DNA of 64,000 bases from Cyanophora paradoxa CCMP329. Its lineage: Eukaryota; Plantae; Glaucophyta. The notes beneath the pieces are model-generated. The model was not told the DNA's origin. It saw only the letters and a list, made by a program, of their open reading frames with translations, and did no database searches. Below are positions 37,144 to 49,420 of this stretch, piece after piece; the stretch's first letter is position 1, and each line of letters begins with the position of its first letter. Both the position numbers and the translations under genes were made by a program. Location: assembly GCA_004431415.1 (NCBI GenBank), contig QPMI01000122.1:88491-152490 (forward strand), read 5' to 3'.

Positions 37144-37934
37144 GTGACTGCATTTGGACACGTACTTAAAACGCCTCCTCCTCGCCCCGCACCTCCAGCT
37201 GGCCCGCATGCCAGTCATGCATGCAAGAGCTTTAAAGTTAAGAGTTGGCATTAGATCAATTTTTCTCAGAGTTTTGGCAATTACTTGGCGAGCAACTCTC
37301 TATTTCTTTAATTTGAAGTGCACACTTTGATTGAGGCTAGGGCACTCTCTGTACTGCTATCAATGTGCTTCATGATCAATTGCAAATTGTGTACACGTAC
37401 TAAAAACGCAAGTCCGGGCTACAAGTGTGGGATGCATACTATGATATGTACACCGTGGCACTGTGGCTGCCGTATACGTATACGTTGCTGCATGCGCTGC
37501 AGCTGGCCCCTGCATATCGCGCTGGCACTAGCTGGCCAGTCGGGAGAGTAACTTGAAAGTAATGCGCCTTCCTGTGGACACTCTAGCTAGCTCTACTAGG
37601 CTAGGCTAGCTACGTATACGTATACATGCATATGTCTCGTCGCAACGTCTTGCATTGTGGCGCGCGGTGTCTACCGGCCTAGTCTCTGAAAGTTTTTTTT
37701 TGAAAGTACAGTCCTTTTTATTCTCGATTGATATCTACATACGTATGTTTATACGTAACGTACACATACGTATACAATTGCAAATTGCGAGTGCGATTGA
37801 ACTGGTGTTTGAATTGAAGCAAATTGTCATGGTGCTTGAGTTGAAGCGAATTCATGGTGACGCGGATTCATTAGATATCGATTTCGATCTAATAGGCTAC
37901 TAGACTAATCTGTGTATGCTACAAATTTCTGTTA

Positions 37935-40272
37935 CTATTTCCTGAAAGACTCATCAATGTAGTATGGATCCTCCTTCTGTGGCTGCCAGTTTTTGGTGCA
38001 GTCTACCAGCCATCGCCAGTGCACGACATGAATGCCCTCCAGAGAGCTGAGGCCCAGCTGATCTCGGACCTGCAGAAAGATACAGTCTCAGGTGACTGTT
38101 GACGCAATCAAGCTCATTGCTTGCACAAACCTTGGAGTAGGTGGTGCCCCGGCTGACAATAATGTGTGTTAGGCGATCTCCAGGGGGGGCGCTGAAAGGA
38201 TGGCCCTCAGCATCTAGCTCTCGAGGCACGAAAGCTTCAGCGCCGAACTGTACTGCCTTGTTCCACAGATCAGAGCCTTGGAACTCCTCAGGATCGGTCG
38301 TGAAGCCAACAAATGCCAGCCGGACACTGCTGAGCACGCGCTTCATGACCTGCTGGAGGATCTCCCGAACATCAGGGCTGCCCCGAGAGGGACTGCTGGA
38401 TGAAAGCTGCTGGATGTAGCTCCGATGTACCGCCCTCAGAACAGAGAGGACACAGGCCAGATGGTCATCGTCCGCTGCCACCATTGCTTGCCGCTGTGCC
38501 TCCGACACCGGGCCCGTCTCGAGTGCCTCTGGGCTGCTGCTGCTGGCCGGATTCACGCCAGCAGCAGACTCGTTCATGCTCTTGAGCCCCACGAAAAATG
38601 TGAACGGCTCTATTTTGACGAGGTTACCGCAAGCTACACTGCCACGAGACCACACGTCCTCCCGGTCATCAAGCACTAGAACCCGCCTGTCGTCCTGGCT
38701 GTTCGGGAACATGTTTGCCAGGCTCTTAAGCGGTGCCCCACGCTGGGCTTGGCCCTCCTCAATAGTAGCATCATCTCTTGAGATAATCTTGCCATTGAAC
38801 AGCACCCCCTGCAAACGAGATGATCAGTCAACGATGCTCACAACAAGATGCTCTCCATAAGATGAGGGGATTATGCAAAGTACATGGCTTGAAAAAAGAA
38901 AAGAAGACTCTAGATTGCACAGGATTGCGATAGCAGGATGCACGATGCAACCAACAACGTAATCCAACTCTACAGACACTTTCAACCTTCCCACAAACAA
39001 AAAGGCGACTCACAAACCCAACTAGCAGGACCCCACCAGCCCCCTATAGAAGCAGACACAGCGAGTGAGTTGCCAGGCGCAAAGTGTGCACAGAGGCTTT
39101 CACGATGTCCTTCTTCTCAATAGCATGCATGCATGGTGCCACAAACGCATCGTGCATCAAGATAACCCCCACCCCTAGGTGCCAGTCCCAATCCCAAAAT
39201 GAGCACTTCGACGAGGCACACCTCAGGGTCCAGAATCTTCGCGATGCCGTCCGCATACTCCTTGGTGCCCATTGTGTAGATATGCAGATCAAACAAACTG
39301 CGAGCTTGCTGGAGAAAGGCTTGCACGCCAGGGCGCAGCTTCACGTAAACCTGAAATGTGAAAAGTCAAGAGAGAGAAGATCAACCCACTTCGGAACCAC
39401 CGCCGCATTAAGCATCGATCGAGAGAAGAAACGAACAGTGAAAGGGGCCGCCTTCGCTTGCGGCGGAGGCGTGAGCAGGAACTCGTGCATATCCTCGACC
39501 TTCCCCGTGACTAGGTTGCGGGCACGCGGATCGCTCGTGGCGTGGATCAAAGTATTATCCAGATCTAAGACGAGATGCAACCGGCCGTCGTCCGCTGGGG
39601 CAGCTGCAGGCGAAGCACGGGTCGCATCGACACCAGTCCGCCCCGATCCACCGACCCGTGCGCGAGGATCTGCTGCACGACGCAATACTGACGACTGCCC
39701 ATTCAAGAACGGCGTCGGAGAGTTACGCTGGCCGCGAGGATCGGAGGTGTCGGGAATTGGACTGAACAAATCAGGAGGGGGCGGCATGGGCTGGTTGGAG
39801 GCCGAAGGAGGGCGGACGGAGCGAGAGTTTGCATCGTGGAACCCGTCATCGGGCGTGCGTCGCTTCCGGTCATATGCCGGTTCCGAATTCAACTGGGGCG
39901 GAGTGGCAGCAGAGGACCCCGGCAGGGAGTATTGAGACAGGAGATTAAGCAGGTTGGCGGAGTTTGACGGTGCGGGCTGAGGCGCGGGGGCGAACGGGAG
40001 GGGCTGCATGGGTTGCTGCATCATCGGGAACGCGGGCTGCGCCGGGACCTGGCCCACGGATTGCAAAATCGACAAGAGCATGCTCGTGTCGGGCTGCGAG
40101 CGGCCGGGAAAGACCATGTCAGCGCCCATTTGCGAGGAAACGAACGGAAACACCTCACCTGCTGCGGCGGGGGCGGAGGCGCGAAAGACTGTCCAAGAAG
40201 AGCCTGAAGTTGATAAAACGGGTTCATGGGGTTCATCCTGCGCTGCTGCTCCGCCTGCAAGAAAGCCGCCAT
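37935..40272 (-). CDS. FCP1: RNA polymerase II CTD phosphatase FCP1/CPL3-like (FCPH + BRCT); 5' end uncertain
   Basis: LHLVLDLDNTLIHA (DxDxT), VKLRPGVQAFL, YTMGTKEYA..IAKILDP, VLVLDDREDVW; BRCT with LTHIIV...VVHWRWLVDC. Confidence 0.9.
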
Positions 40273-41032
40273 ACGAACGCGCACGTCGTCCCGGTGCGAC
40301 TCCTCCCACTCAGGAAGCACGTAATGTGCGCTCTTGGTCGATTGCTGGCGTTCTGTACGCGGCGGCGGTGCTTGCTGCAAACGAGCTCGGAAGGCAACTT
40401 TAAGACACTGTACCCGGTCTGGGGCTTTCGGGCTATCGGTTGCTGCAACTTGCAGGTTTTTCGGCGCTGCCACGACCCCACGACCTACGTTAACCCATGG
40501 CCATGGCCACTGCCATATGCATGCGCGCATGGCCACGTGCGCATGCATGCGCATGCATGCACGCACTGCGGCACGACCCACGACGTCGACGTCGACTTTA
40601 GAATTCGCTGCCATGGCCACAACTAGTGCTAGTGTTAGTTGCAATTGATATGCTCATGTACTGTACTGCCCGGGCCGGGGCCTAATCATGATCATGATCA
40701 ATTGCAAAGTCGAAGTCTTGTACTTATACGTATATATACATGTAATTCGGCATATATAGCTAGGTTTGAGGTTTATATACTTATAATTATGTGTGGATTT
40801 AGATTGATCTAAAGCCATATGCACACCCCATCGTGAGGGAGCCTCATGATCAGGGAGATAGTGGGGCGACCACAGATGTAGAAGATATTCTCTGCATGGC
40901 ACGAACTAGCATAAGATCAGCTAATGCACTCGTGTGCAGCGATGCGAACAATTCACAGCATGCCTACCTCGTCCTGTCAGAAGAGCCATGGACAGAGAAT
41001 ACAAAGATCCAGTGTACATGTCTATGTGAGAT

Positions 41033-41909
41033 TCACGCCTTTTTGAAGTTGTACTTGCTCTGGAAGCATCCAGTGAGACTAAATCCAAGCTCGAAGGCAA
41101 ACTTGAGAGTGAATAGACCTTTGCAAGTGCTACTATCTCGGCATCGATGGCGTTGATTGCAAAACGGGCGAAATGGCAGATGCCGGCGAAACCAGGCCCA
41201 ATCAACGCAAGGCACCAGATGGCCAGCAAACCTGTTTTGTCCATGGGACTTCGCTACAAGCGTTTTTCGTGAGGAAAGCCAGCTGTGGAGGACAGAGCCC
41301 CGCGACAAACCTGGCGAATAATCTCCACAGACATCAAGACCCAGTACAGCGACGGGATAAGAGATCCAAGAAGGGCGTGAGCCCCTGGCTTCGCGTGAGC
41401 AAGTTCGAGAGGAGAGGATCAAGCCATGCAAGGTGTCAATGCACCGAGAGGAGGAAGCAAGCCATGCAATGGGCGGATGGGCCCAAGGACGGCGGACCTG
41501 TCAAAAATGCTGGGCACGATCTGGGCGATGTATGCGGCGTCCGCGACAAACAGGACGGCCTGAAACAGGAACAAGAAGTTCGTCGCCGCGCCGTTCGCCT
41601 CGAGCTGGGCCTTCGGGAGGAGCCCGAGAAATGAAGGCTGCAGCGTCCCGAAGTAGACGAAGGCGGACGCCAGGCCGAGCGCCATTGAGACGAGCAGAGT
41701 CGCCCACCACGCGTTGGAAAAGTCACTCTCCTTTCGCAGGGCCTCGATGACTTCTTCTTGTTCTGACCGCGCGAACGCTCAGCCAACTCGGCGAGCATGC
41801 GCGCCCGCACACGTACGCGCGACGCACCCGCTTCGTCGAGAGGCTCGACCTCGTCAACGTCGGCCTCGGCGCCGTCCGTGGGCCGAGGCGGCGCGCGCTT
41901 CCGCGGCAT
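41033..41909 (-). CDS. Small multi-pass membrane protein of unknown function
   Basis: MPRKRAPP...VEPLDEA|EQEEVIEALRKES...hydrophobic helices...SKYNFKKA* (dilysine-like ER retrieval end). Confidence 0.65.
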
Positions 41910-42126
41910 CGGCGACGACAACACCAAATAAAAACGAAGAAGACGTAATTGATGCCTAGGTCTGCCGATAGACGCGCTCGCTCAATACGTTGACTCTCTC
42001 GGTCCTGCGTGCCTCAGTGCGCTTCCGGATCCGGTCCGGCCTTGAGCTCGGGTTGCTCTTTTACTCGATACCCCCTAAGCGGACACTTCAATCGTAGGAG
42101 CGCATCGGAGAGCGCGTATACACGCG

Positions 42127-45100
42127 ATGGAAGACTTCGACGTCTTCAGCGTCTTCCTCAGCAGCAGGAGGAAGCGGGCGCGCGACGAGCCGCCAACACA
42201 GCCCGCTCAAGCGGAGCCACCGCCAGCGGAGCCACCGCCAGCGGAGCCGCCGCCGGCGGCCTCGAGCAACGTCGAGAATGAGCGGCGGCCCGCCGCGAAA
42301 CGCTCTATCGGTGCCTTGCGCGGCGCGCTCAAATCTCAGCTGCAGCAGGGCGGCTCGGGCGCTCCGAGCGCGAGCGCAGGCTCAAGGTGAACCGCAGCAG
42401 CGCGTGCTCCCTTGGGTGCGTTCTATGGAGCTCTGAGCGATCGCGCACAGCGAGGATGCCGCGGTCTGCAAGTGGCGGGCCCCGGCGCTTTCCGGGGCCG
42501 CGGCGGCGTCAGGCGCAGCGCGCCGCTTGCTCGACTCCAATTCGGTGGAATCATCGAGCTCGGGGGCCGAAGCCGCGGCGGCAGCGGCGCATGGAGCCGC
42601 GTCTGCGTCTGGGGCGGCTTCGGCGCGCGGGACCGCGGCCGCGGCCTCAAGGGCGTCGGGCGCACCCGTCGCGGGCGGCTCAAGCCCGAGCCCGGGCCCC
42701 AGCGCCGCTCCGCAGCCGCTGTCCGCGAGCCCCGCGAGCCCCACGGCCGCGGCCGGCTCGCGGCCGGCCCCGAGTGCGCCCAGGCCGGCGGCGGCAAGCT
42801 CGAGGATCCAGCGGGCGCTCGCGTGCCTGCGCGCGGGGTCGGTGCGCCCCGCGGCGAGCGCGGGCGGCGCCGAGCGCGACGCGACTGCCGAGCGGCGCCG
42901 CACGGACGCGCTGCTGCAGGAGGTCCTCGCCCCGCGGGCCCCCGCCCCGCTCCCCCGCCCCTCTTCCCGGCCCCGGCGGCGCCTCGCGTGGCAGGTGGCG
43001 CGCGCCCGGTGCCGCGGGGGACGGCGGCGTACGGAAGCCGGGGGAGCAGAAGGGCGCCGCCGCCGGCGGCGGCGACAGCAGCAGAGCGAAAGGGAAGCCC
43101 GGCGGCGCGCTGGCGGAGTGGCTCGAGCCGCAGGACAATGTAGGCGCCTCCAGCGGCAGCGGCGGCGACGAGGCGGCGGAGGGCAGCGACGAGGCGCGCC
43201 GTGCCCGCCGCCAATTCGGCCCCCCGCCCGCCCCTGGCTGAGCGGGCGCGCCGGCGGCAGGGGGCGGAGCGGGTGCTGGCGGAGATCGACGCGGAGGTGG
43301 CCGCCGCGCGCGGCGGCGCAGGCGGCGCCGGCGGCGGCGGAGCCAGCGACCGATTCGGCTCCTACCCGCGCCTCGGCACCGTCCGCCCGCGCCCCGCCCC
43401 GCCCCCTCCCGTCCCCGCTCGGCCCCTGGTCCCAGCGCTGGGGCGCGGCGCAGGCGCCGGCGGCGGGGGCGCCGCGGGAGCCGCTGGAGCTGGGGCCGGG
43501 CCCGGGGCGGCGCGGCGGCCTCCGTGCCCGCGGCGATGAACGCGCACCTGCGCGAGTACCAGCGCGAGGGCGTCCGCTGGCTGTCCGTCTCCCCCGCCCC
43601 GGCCCTCCCGGGCCCCCGCCCTCAGCCTTTCGTCGGCAGGTACGGGCGCTACGCGGCGGGCCGCGGGGGCATCCTCGCCGACGACATGGGGCGCGCCCCG
43701 CCCCGCCCCGCCCCGCCCCGGCCCCGGCCCGTCTGATTTGATCTGGACCGCAGGCTGGGCAAGACGGTGCAGGTCATCTGCTTCCTCGCCGCCGTACTCC
43801 GCAAGACCGGCACGCCCTCCGACGGTGCCCCGGCCCCCGCCCGCCCGCCCCCGCGCCCCCCGCCCTCCTGACGGCAGCCGGCGGCAGGGGTGCCGGCGGC
43901 GGGGGCGCGGCCCGTGCTGGTGGTCGTGCCGAAGGCGGTGCTGGTGCAGTGGCGGCGCGAGCTCGCCTGCTGGATGCGCGCCGCCGTCGACATCTGCCAC
44001 GGCGCCCGCCAGGAGGGTGCCCCGCCCCCGCCCCGCCCCGACCCGCCCCGCCCCCGGCGCTCTGAGCAGCGCCGGCGGGCCGCGGCAGTGGTTTTACAGG
44101 CGGCCCGCGCGGGGGAGCTCGAGGTGGGTCCCTTGCGCCCGCCCCGCATGCGCCCGCCCGCCCGTCCAGCGCGGCCCTACCGGGTCGGCCACTGAGCGCC
44201 CCGAGGCCAGGTGGTGCTGGCGACGGCCGGCGCCGCCTGCCGCAACGCGCCCTCCGTCGACGCCGTCCCGTGCGCCCCGCCCCGCCCCGCCCGCCCCACC
44301 TCCCCGAGCGGCCTGCTCGGAGTCTTAACGCGTCGCCGGCCTCGGCCCCCGCTCGCAGCTGGGAAGCGATCGTGGTGGACGAGTGCCACTTCCTCAAGAA
44401 CCGCAGCACCGCCGCCTACCAGACCCTCGGGCCCGCCCGCCCCGCCCCCCGCCGCCTGCTTCCAGCTCGCCCGCCGCTGACAGCGCGCGGGGCGGGCGGG
44501 CGGGCCGCAGGGCCCTGCGCTGCGCGCTGCGGTTCGGCCTCACGGGGACCCCCATCCAGGCGAGCCGCGGCCCCGCCCCTCCCCGCCCGCCCCCTAGCCG
44601 ACCCTGCGATCTGCACCCCCTCCTCGCCCGCCCGACCCCCCCGCAGAACAGCGTGAAGGAGCTCTTCGCGCTGGCCTCCTTCTTCGTCCCCAACTTCGCC
44701 GGCATGGGCTACGAGCAGTTCAGGGGCACCTACGAGGCCCGCCCCCGCCCCGCCCCGCCCGCCCCTCCGGCCCTCCGATCCCATCCGTCGTCGGATACAT
44801 CTGCCCTAGCGCCGCCCTTTTCCTCGCTGGACCCGCCTGGCCCCGCCCCGTCGCTCAGGCGGCGCCGCAGGTGCCGATCCTGCTCGGGCAGCGCCACTCC
44901 GCCACCCGTGCGGCCGCCCGCCCCCCGCCGGCCCGTCCACGCCTCCCGACGCCGGCCTCGCCACAGCGGAAGCCATCGCCACCTCGCGCCGCCAGTGCGC
45001 GTGCCGGCCCCCGCCCTTTCTCCGCCGCCGCCCTTAGCCGCCGCCCCTCCCGCGCGCCCGCCGCCTCGCGCGCAGGCTCGAGCGGCTGCAGCGGCTCGTG

Positions 45101-46758
45101 GACGGGTGTCGCCCCCCTCCACGCCCGCCCACCGCCCCCCGCGGCCCCTCCAACACGCTGCTTTCCCGCTCCCCCCCGCGCAGGTTCCAGCTGCGGCGGG
45201 AGAAGGCGCTCATCCGCCACCAGCTGCCCCACCGCGACGAGGCCCGCCCCCCCGCGCCCCTCCCGCCCGCCTTCTCCCGCTCGCCCTGTCCCAACCCATC
45301 CCGCTGCGCAGGTGGTGGTCTTCTGCCGGCTGGCGCTGCTGCAGGCGGACTGCTACGAGCGCCTCCTCGCCTCGGAGGACTATCAGCTTCTCGCCCGCAG
45401 GCGCCCGCCCGCCCCCTCCCGCCCCTGCGCCCCCTTCCCCCTCTTGCCTTCTGAGGCGGCCCGGCTCCGCCCCGCCCCGCCCCGCCCGCGCCGCAGCGGG
45501 GAGCCCTGCGACTGCGCCGCCAACAGCTTCCGCGTCATACCCCTTCTCCGCGGCGCGCCCCCCGCCGCCCCTCTTCCCGGCCCCTCCCCCGCGCGCCCCT
45601 GAGGCCCCCGCAGGGAAGTGCTGCTACACGACCAACGCGCGCGGCGAGAACGTCCGCTCCTTCGTGCGACCCTGTACCCCCCCTCCCCCTCCCCGGCTCC
45701 TCATACCCCCCTCCCCCAGGCGCTCTCGGCGCTGGTGCGGCTGCAGAAGCTCGCAACGCACGCCTCCCTCATCCGGGCGCGTGGCCCCCTCCCGCCCATC
45801 CCCGGCCGCTCCCCGCTCCCCTGAGGGCCCCGGCAGGCGCGCGACGCCGACCGCTGCGGCGACGACGAGGCGCGCCCTCCTTCTCCTCCTCCGGCCCCCG
45901 CCGGACCTCTCCTGACTCCTGCCGGGGCAGGCGCGGCTGCGCTGGGAGCGGGACCGCCGCTTCGAGGAGATCGCATTTGGGGGTACCGCCTCCTCCGACA
46001 CCTTCCTCCGCGACTCCGACGCCTCCGTATCCCCCTGGCCTGGTCCCCCCTCCCCCCGCGGCCCTCTGAGGCCGGGGGGCGCGCAGGTGTGTGGGAAGAT
46101 GCAGAGCCTGCGTACCCTCCTCCAGGTCCGTACCGGTACCCCTGCGGGGGGCGGGACCCGCCCCGCTCCTTGCTCCGGCCGACCGCGCCGCACCGCACCG
46201 GTACCCCCCGCAGCGCTTCCGGGCCAGCGACCCGACGAACAAGGCCCGCCCCGCCCCCGCCCGCCCCGATACCCCGTTCCGACCACCGTACCCCCCCCTC
46301 CCCCTCAGGTCCTGCTCTTCTCCACGAGTACCCGTATGCTCGCCATCCTCGAGAGGCGCGTACCCCCCCCCCAACCTTGCCACCGGCCTCACGCGCCCGC
46401 GCAGCTTCGCCGTGCGGGAGGGGTACACCTTCGTCAAGCTCACGGGCGCCACGTCGCTGGTCCGTGCGGCGCACCCCCCCGCCGCCCCGCCCCGGGCCCC
46501 GGGCCCCGGGCCCTGCCGAGGCGCTCTGGCGCAGGCGGAGCGGGCGCGGGTGGTGGACAGCTTCCAGTCTTCCCCCGCCGGTGCGCCCGCCCCGCCCCGC
46601 CCGCGCCCGCCCGCGCCCCGCACCCCTCCGAAGAGCGCCGCTTGAGTGGGATGTCCCGGGCCCGGTTTCCCCCGCAGTCTTCCTGATGCTGGTCTCGACG
46701 CGGGCGGGGGCACGGGCCTCAACCTCACCGCCGCCAACCGCGTCGTCATCTTCGACGG
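42127..46758 (+). CDS. SNF2-family helicase (ERCC6L2/RAD26L/SWI2-like), truncated before motif VI
   Basis: HLREYQREGVRWL, GGILADDMGLGKTVQVI, IVVDECHFLKN, GLTGTPIQNSVKEL, CGKMQSLRTLL, LVSTRAGGTGLNLTAANRVVIFD. The sequence then enters an intron, a poly-C run and viral DNA. Confidence 0.88.
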
Positions 46759-46800
46759 TAGCCCCCTGGACCCCCCCCCCCCCCCCCCCCCCCCCCCCTG

Positions 46801-48625
46801 GTTGCACCCACTCACAGAGGAGCAGAAAGCACAATACAAGATCACTAAACACTGTTATATCTGTGCTGAACGATTTACCCATGAGAATTTCCCAGTGAGA
46901 GACCACTGTCATCAATCAGGAGCATTTATTGGGAAAGCATGCCGAAATTGCAACCTCCACAGGAGAATCTCAAAGCAAACCAAGGTAGCAATTGTGGTGG
47001 ATCACATGGATGAATGTGGACACGAAATATTCCGCAAAATTGCACAGCAAGATGATAAACTTCGTGTTGAGATCCTGAGCAAGAATTTCGACCAATACCT
47101 CTCCCTGCAATGGGGCATGTGGAAATTCATAGATGCTTCGCACTTCATGGACTTCCAGGCAGTGGATGCAAGTGATCTAATGGGTAAATTCCAGACTTTC
47201 GAGAATTGGCGTTCTCACAATATGGATTGGATCCTGCTCATTATGTTTCGGCTCCTGGATTATCCTGGGATGCAATGCTAATTTATACCAGAGCAAAGAT
47301 TGAGCAGATCAGTGATGTAGGGCAATACGAATTTATTGAGAGGGCAATTCGAGGTGGGTTTGCTACAATGCCTACTCGATATGCAAAGGTGGAAAACCCA
47401 GATGACCATATAGTTCTCTTGGATGCAAATAATCTGTATGGTTATGCTCTCAGTCAAGAACTGCCCACTGGCGATTTTCGGTGGGAAGATGTCACAGAGG
47501 CACTTAAAGAGACCCCTGGACGAAGTGCCTTTATTGAAGTAGACCTGGAATACCCACAAACTCTCACAGATCATTACGATTTTCCACTTGTAGTGAATAA
47601 AGAACAAATCACCACCGAAATGCTGGGTGAGTATCAACGAAAACTACTGGATATCACAGGTGAGAAGATAAGCAAAGACCCCAAACTCACAGCAACATTC
47701 ACACCCAAAAACAACTATGTGATCTCCCAACCTCTCTTGGTCTATCTTGTGAGCAAAGGTATTATAATTAAGAAGGTTCACAGGGTTCTCTCATTTGCAA
47801 CCTCTGCATTCATGAAGAGTTATATTGATCTAAATACGAAACTGAGGCGCCAATCTATGTCCAGATTCGAGAGTGACTTCTTTAAGTTAATGAACAATGC
47901 AATCTATGGTAAATGCCTCGAATCATGCAGGGGTCGATCTGTGTGAAGATTGCTAATAGTGAGAAACTCTGCAAGAAATATGCTGCAAGTCCACTCATCA
48001 AGGCGACCAATGTATTAAACGAAAATGCTGTTGCCTTTGAGATGTATTCCAAGCATGTTCACTTAGATAAACCAGTTGCAATTGGGGCTTTTGTGCTGGA
48101 TTTTGCGAAACTCCATAATAGCAGGTTCTTTTATGATGTGGTGAGGAGAACTTGGGAAACAGCAGAGCTACTATTCCATGATACAGATTCTTTCTGTCTA
48201 CTGCTGCATACCAATGATCTAAATAATGAGATGAAGCGAATTTCTGAACACCTGGATTGCAGTAATTATGATCCTGCTCACCCTCTCTTTGATAGGAGCA
48301 ATCGTTTGATTCCAGGTAAATATAAAACGAGTTTCCCAATGCAAAGATTGTGGAGTATGTAGGTCTGAGATCGAAACTCTATGCTTTCAGAACTGAGACC
48401 TTTGACAAAATAAAAATGTCTGGAACCTCCTCAAAAGAGGTTTACTTTGATGATTTCAAGAGATGCCTGTTTGAAGGCATCACCAAAACAGTAGCAGTAG
48501 TAAACAAGCGAAGGCAAGACCACAACCTATATGATTTGGAGAGCAGAAGGGTGGCTCTAAACCAACTCGATAGCAAAAGGAAGATATTAGACGATGGAAT
48601 TCACAGCATTCCATTTGGGCTCTAA
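46801..48625 (+). CDS. polB: Protein-primed family B DNA polymerase (pPolB), 5'-truncated, 3 frameshifts in this assembly
   Basis: EndoVII-like Zn motif CYIC..VRDHCHQSG..GKACRNCNL; YGLDPAHYVSAPGLSWDAML; DANNLYG; KLMNNAIYGK; HDTDS; YVGLRSKLYAF. Confidence 0.92.
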
Positions 48626-48783
48626 TCTACTTCATTGATCTTTCTTTTTCTTTGGTTTCGCTCTCCAAGAAGTAACAAACCGCGAATTAAATGCAGCAGC
48701 CATATACATCTTAATCCTGGATCATTGGGCTCAATTGCAAAGTAGTTGGGAATTGTGTTCTCCTTCCACACAGAGTCTTGCAT
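48622..48783 (-). CDS. Conserved 53-aa viral microprotein (absent from the ORF track)
   Basis: MQDSVWKENTIPNYFAIEPNDPGLRCIWLLHLIRGLLLLGERNQRKRKINEVD*; homologue at 52946-53110. Confidence 0.75.
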   Translation of the reverse strand: MQDSVWKENTIPNYFAIEPNDPGLRCIWLLHLIRGLLLLGERNQRKRKINEVD

Positions 48784-48828
48784 TTATTATATGAGAGATA
48801 AGGTAAAGATGCCTTCTACACAATAGGA

Positions 48829-49410
48829 TTGAGACAACCACCAAGAATTGTGAGAAAAGAGGCAATTGAAGATCGAGGAATATTCTGCCCATCACAGTTC
48901 CAGTGGAGGAGAAGAGCAGTCGAATATTGAAAAGATCAGAGATGGTCAAGCAATTAATCCCAGAGACCCTCCCAGCTGAGACAGCACCAAAAGAGTCGAA
49001 GATTGCTAAGAAGTTCTATGATCCAGGACAGGCTACAAGGATTTACTGCAATGAGACAGGAACTACCAGAGGAGAACTACAAGAAGATGAGAGAGTGGTA
49101 TGATAAGCAGGAGTCGTCCAGATTAATGCACCCACCCTATCTCGAAAAAGAGATCCATGATTCCAATTAGGCAACCCTTGATACCTATGTGATTGATCTG
49201 CTCTTCTTTCCTGCATACAAAAAGCAGAATGATGGTTATGATACATTTATGAGTGCAATGGAATCAACCCTGAGAACAGGGTTCATAATTCCAATGAGAG
49301 ACAAAAGTGCTCTCACTGCTCTTGCAGCATTCAAGCAACTTGAACAGAGAGTCCCCAGACCAATTGTTCGCATTCAGAGTGACAGTGGAAGCGAGTTTAC
49401 CAATGTGTTA
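48829..49410 (+). pseudogene. rve (retroviral-like) integrase, truncated after the second catalytic Asp
   Basis: YVIDLLFFPAYKKQNDGY...GFIIPMRDKSA...IVRIQSDSGSEFTN, after which the sequence switches to the palindromic element. Confidence 0.85.
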
Positions 49411-49420
49411 TTAGAAGAAG

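Noticed and set aside
46646-47281. SNF2-pPolB fusion protein suggested by the ORF track
   Set aside because: The ORF reads through intron sequence and a poly-C junction; there is no evidence it is a real gene.
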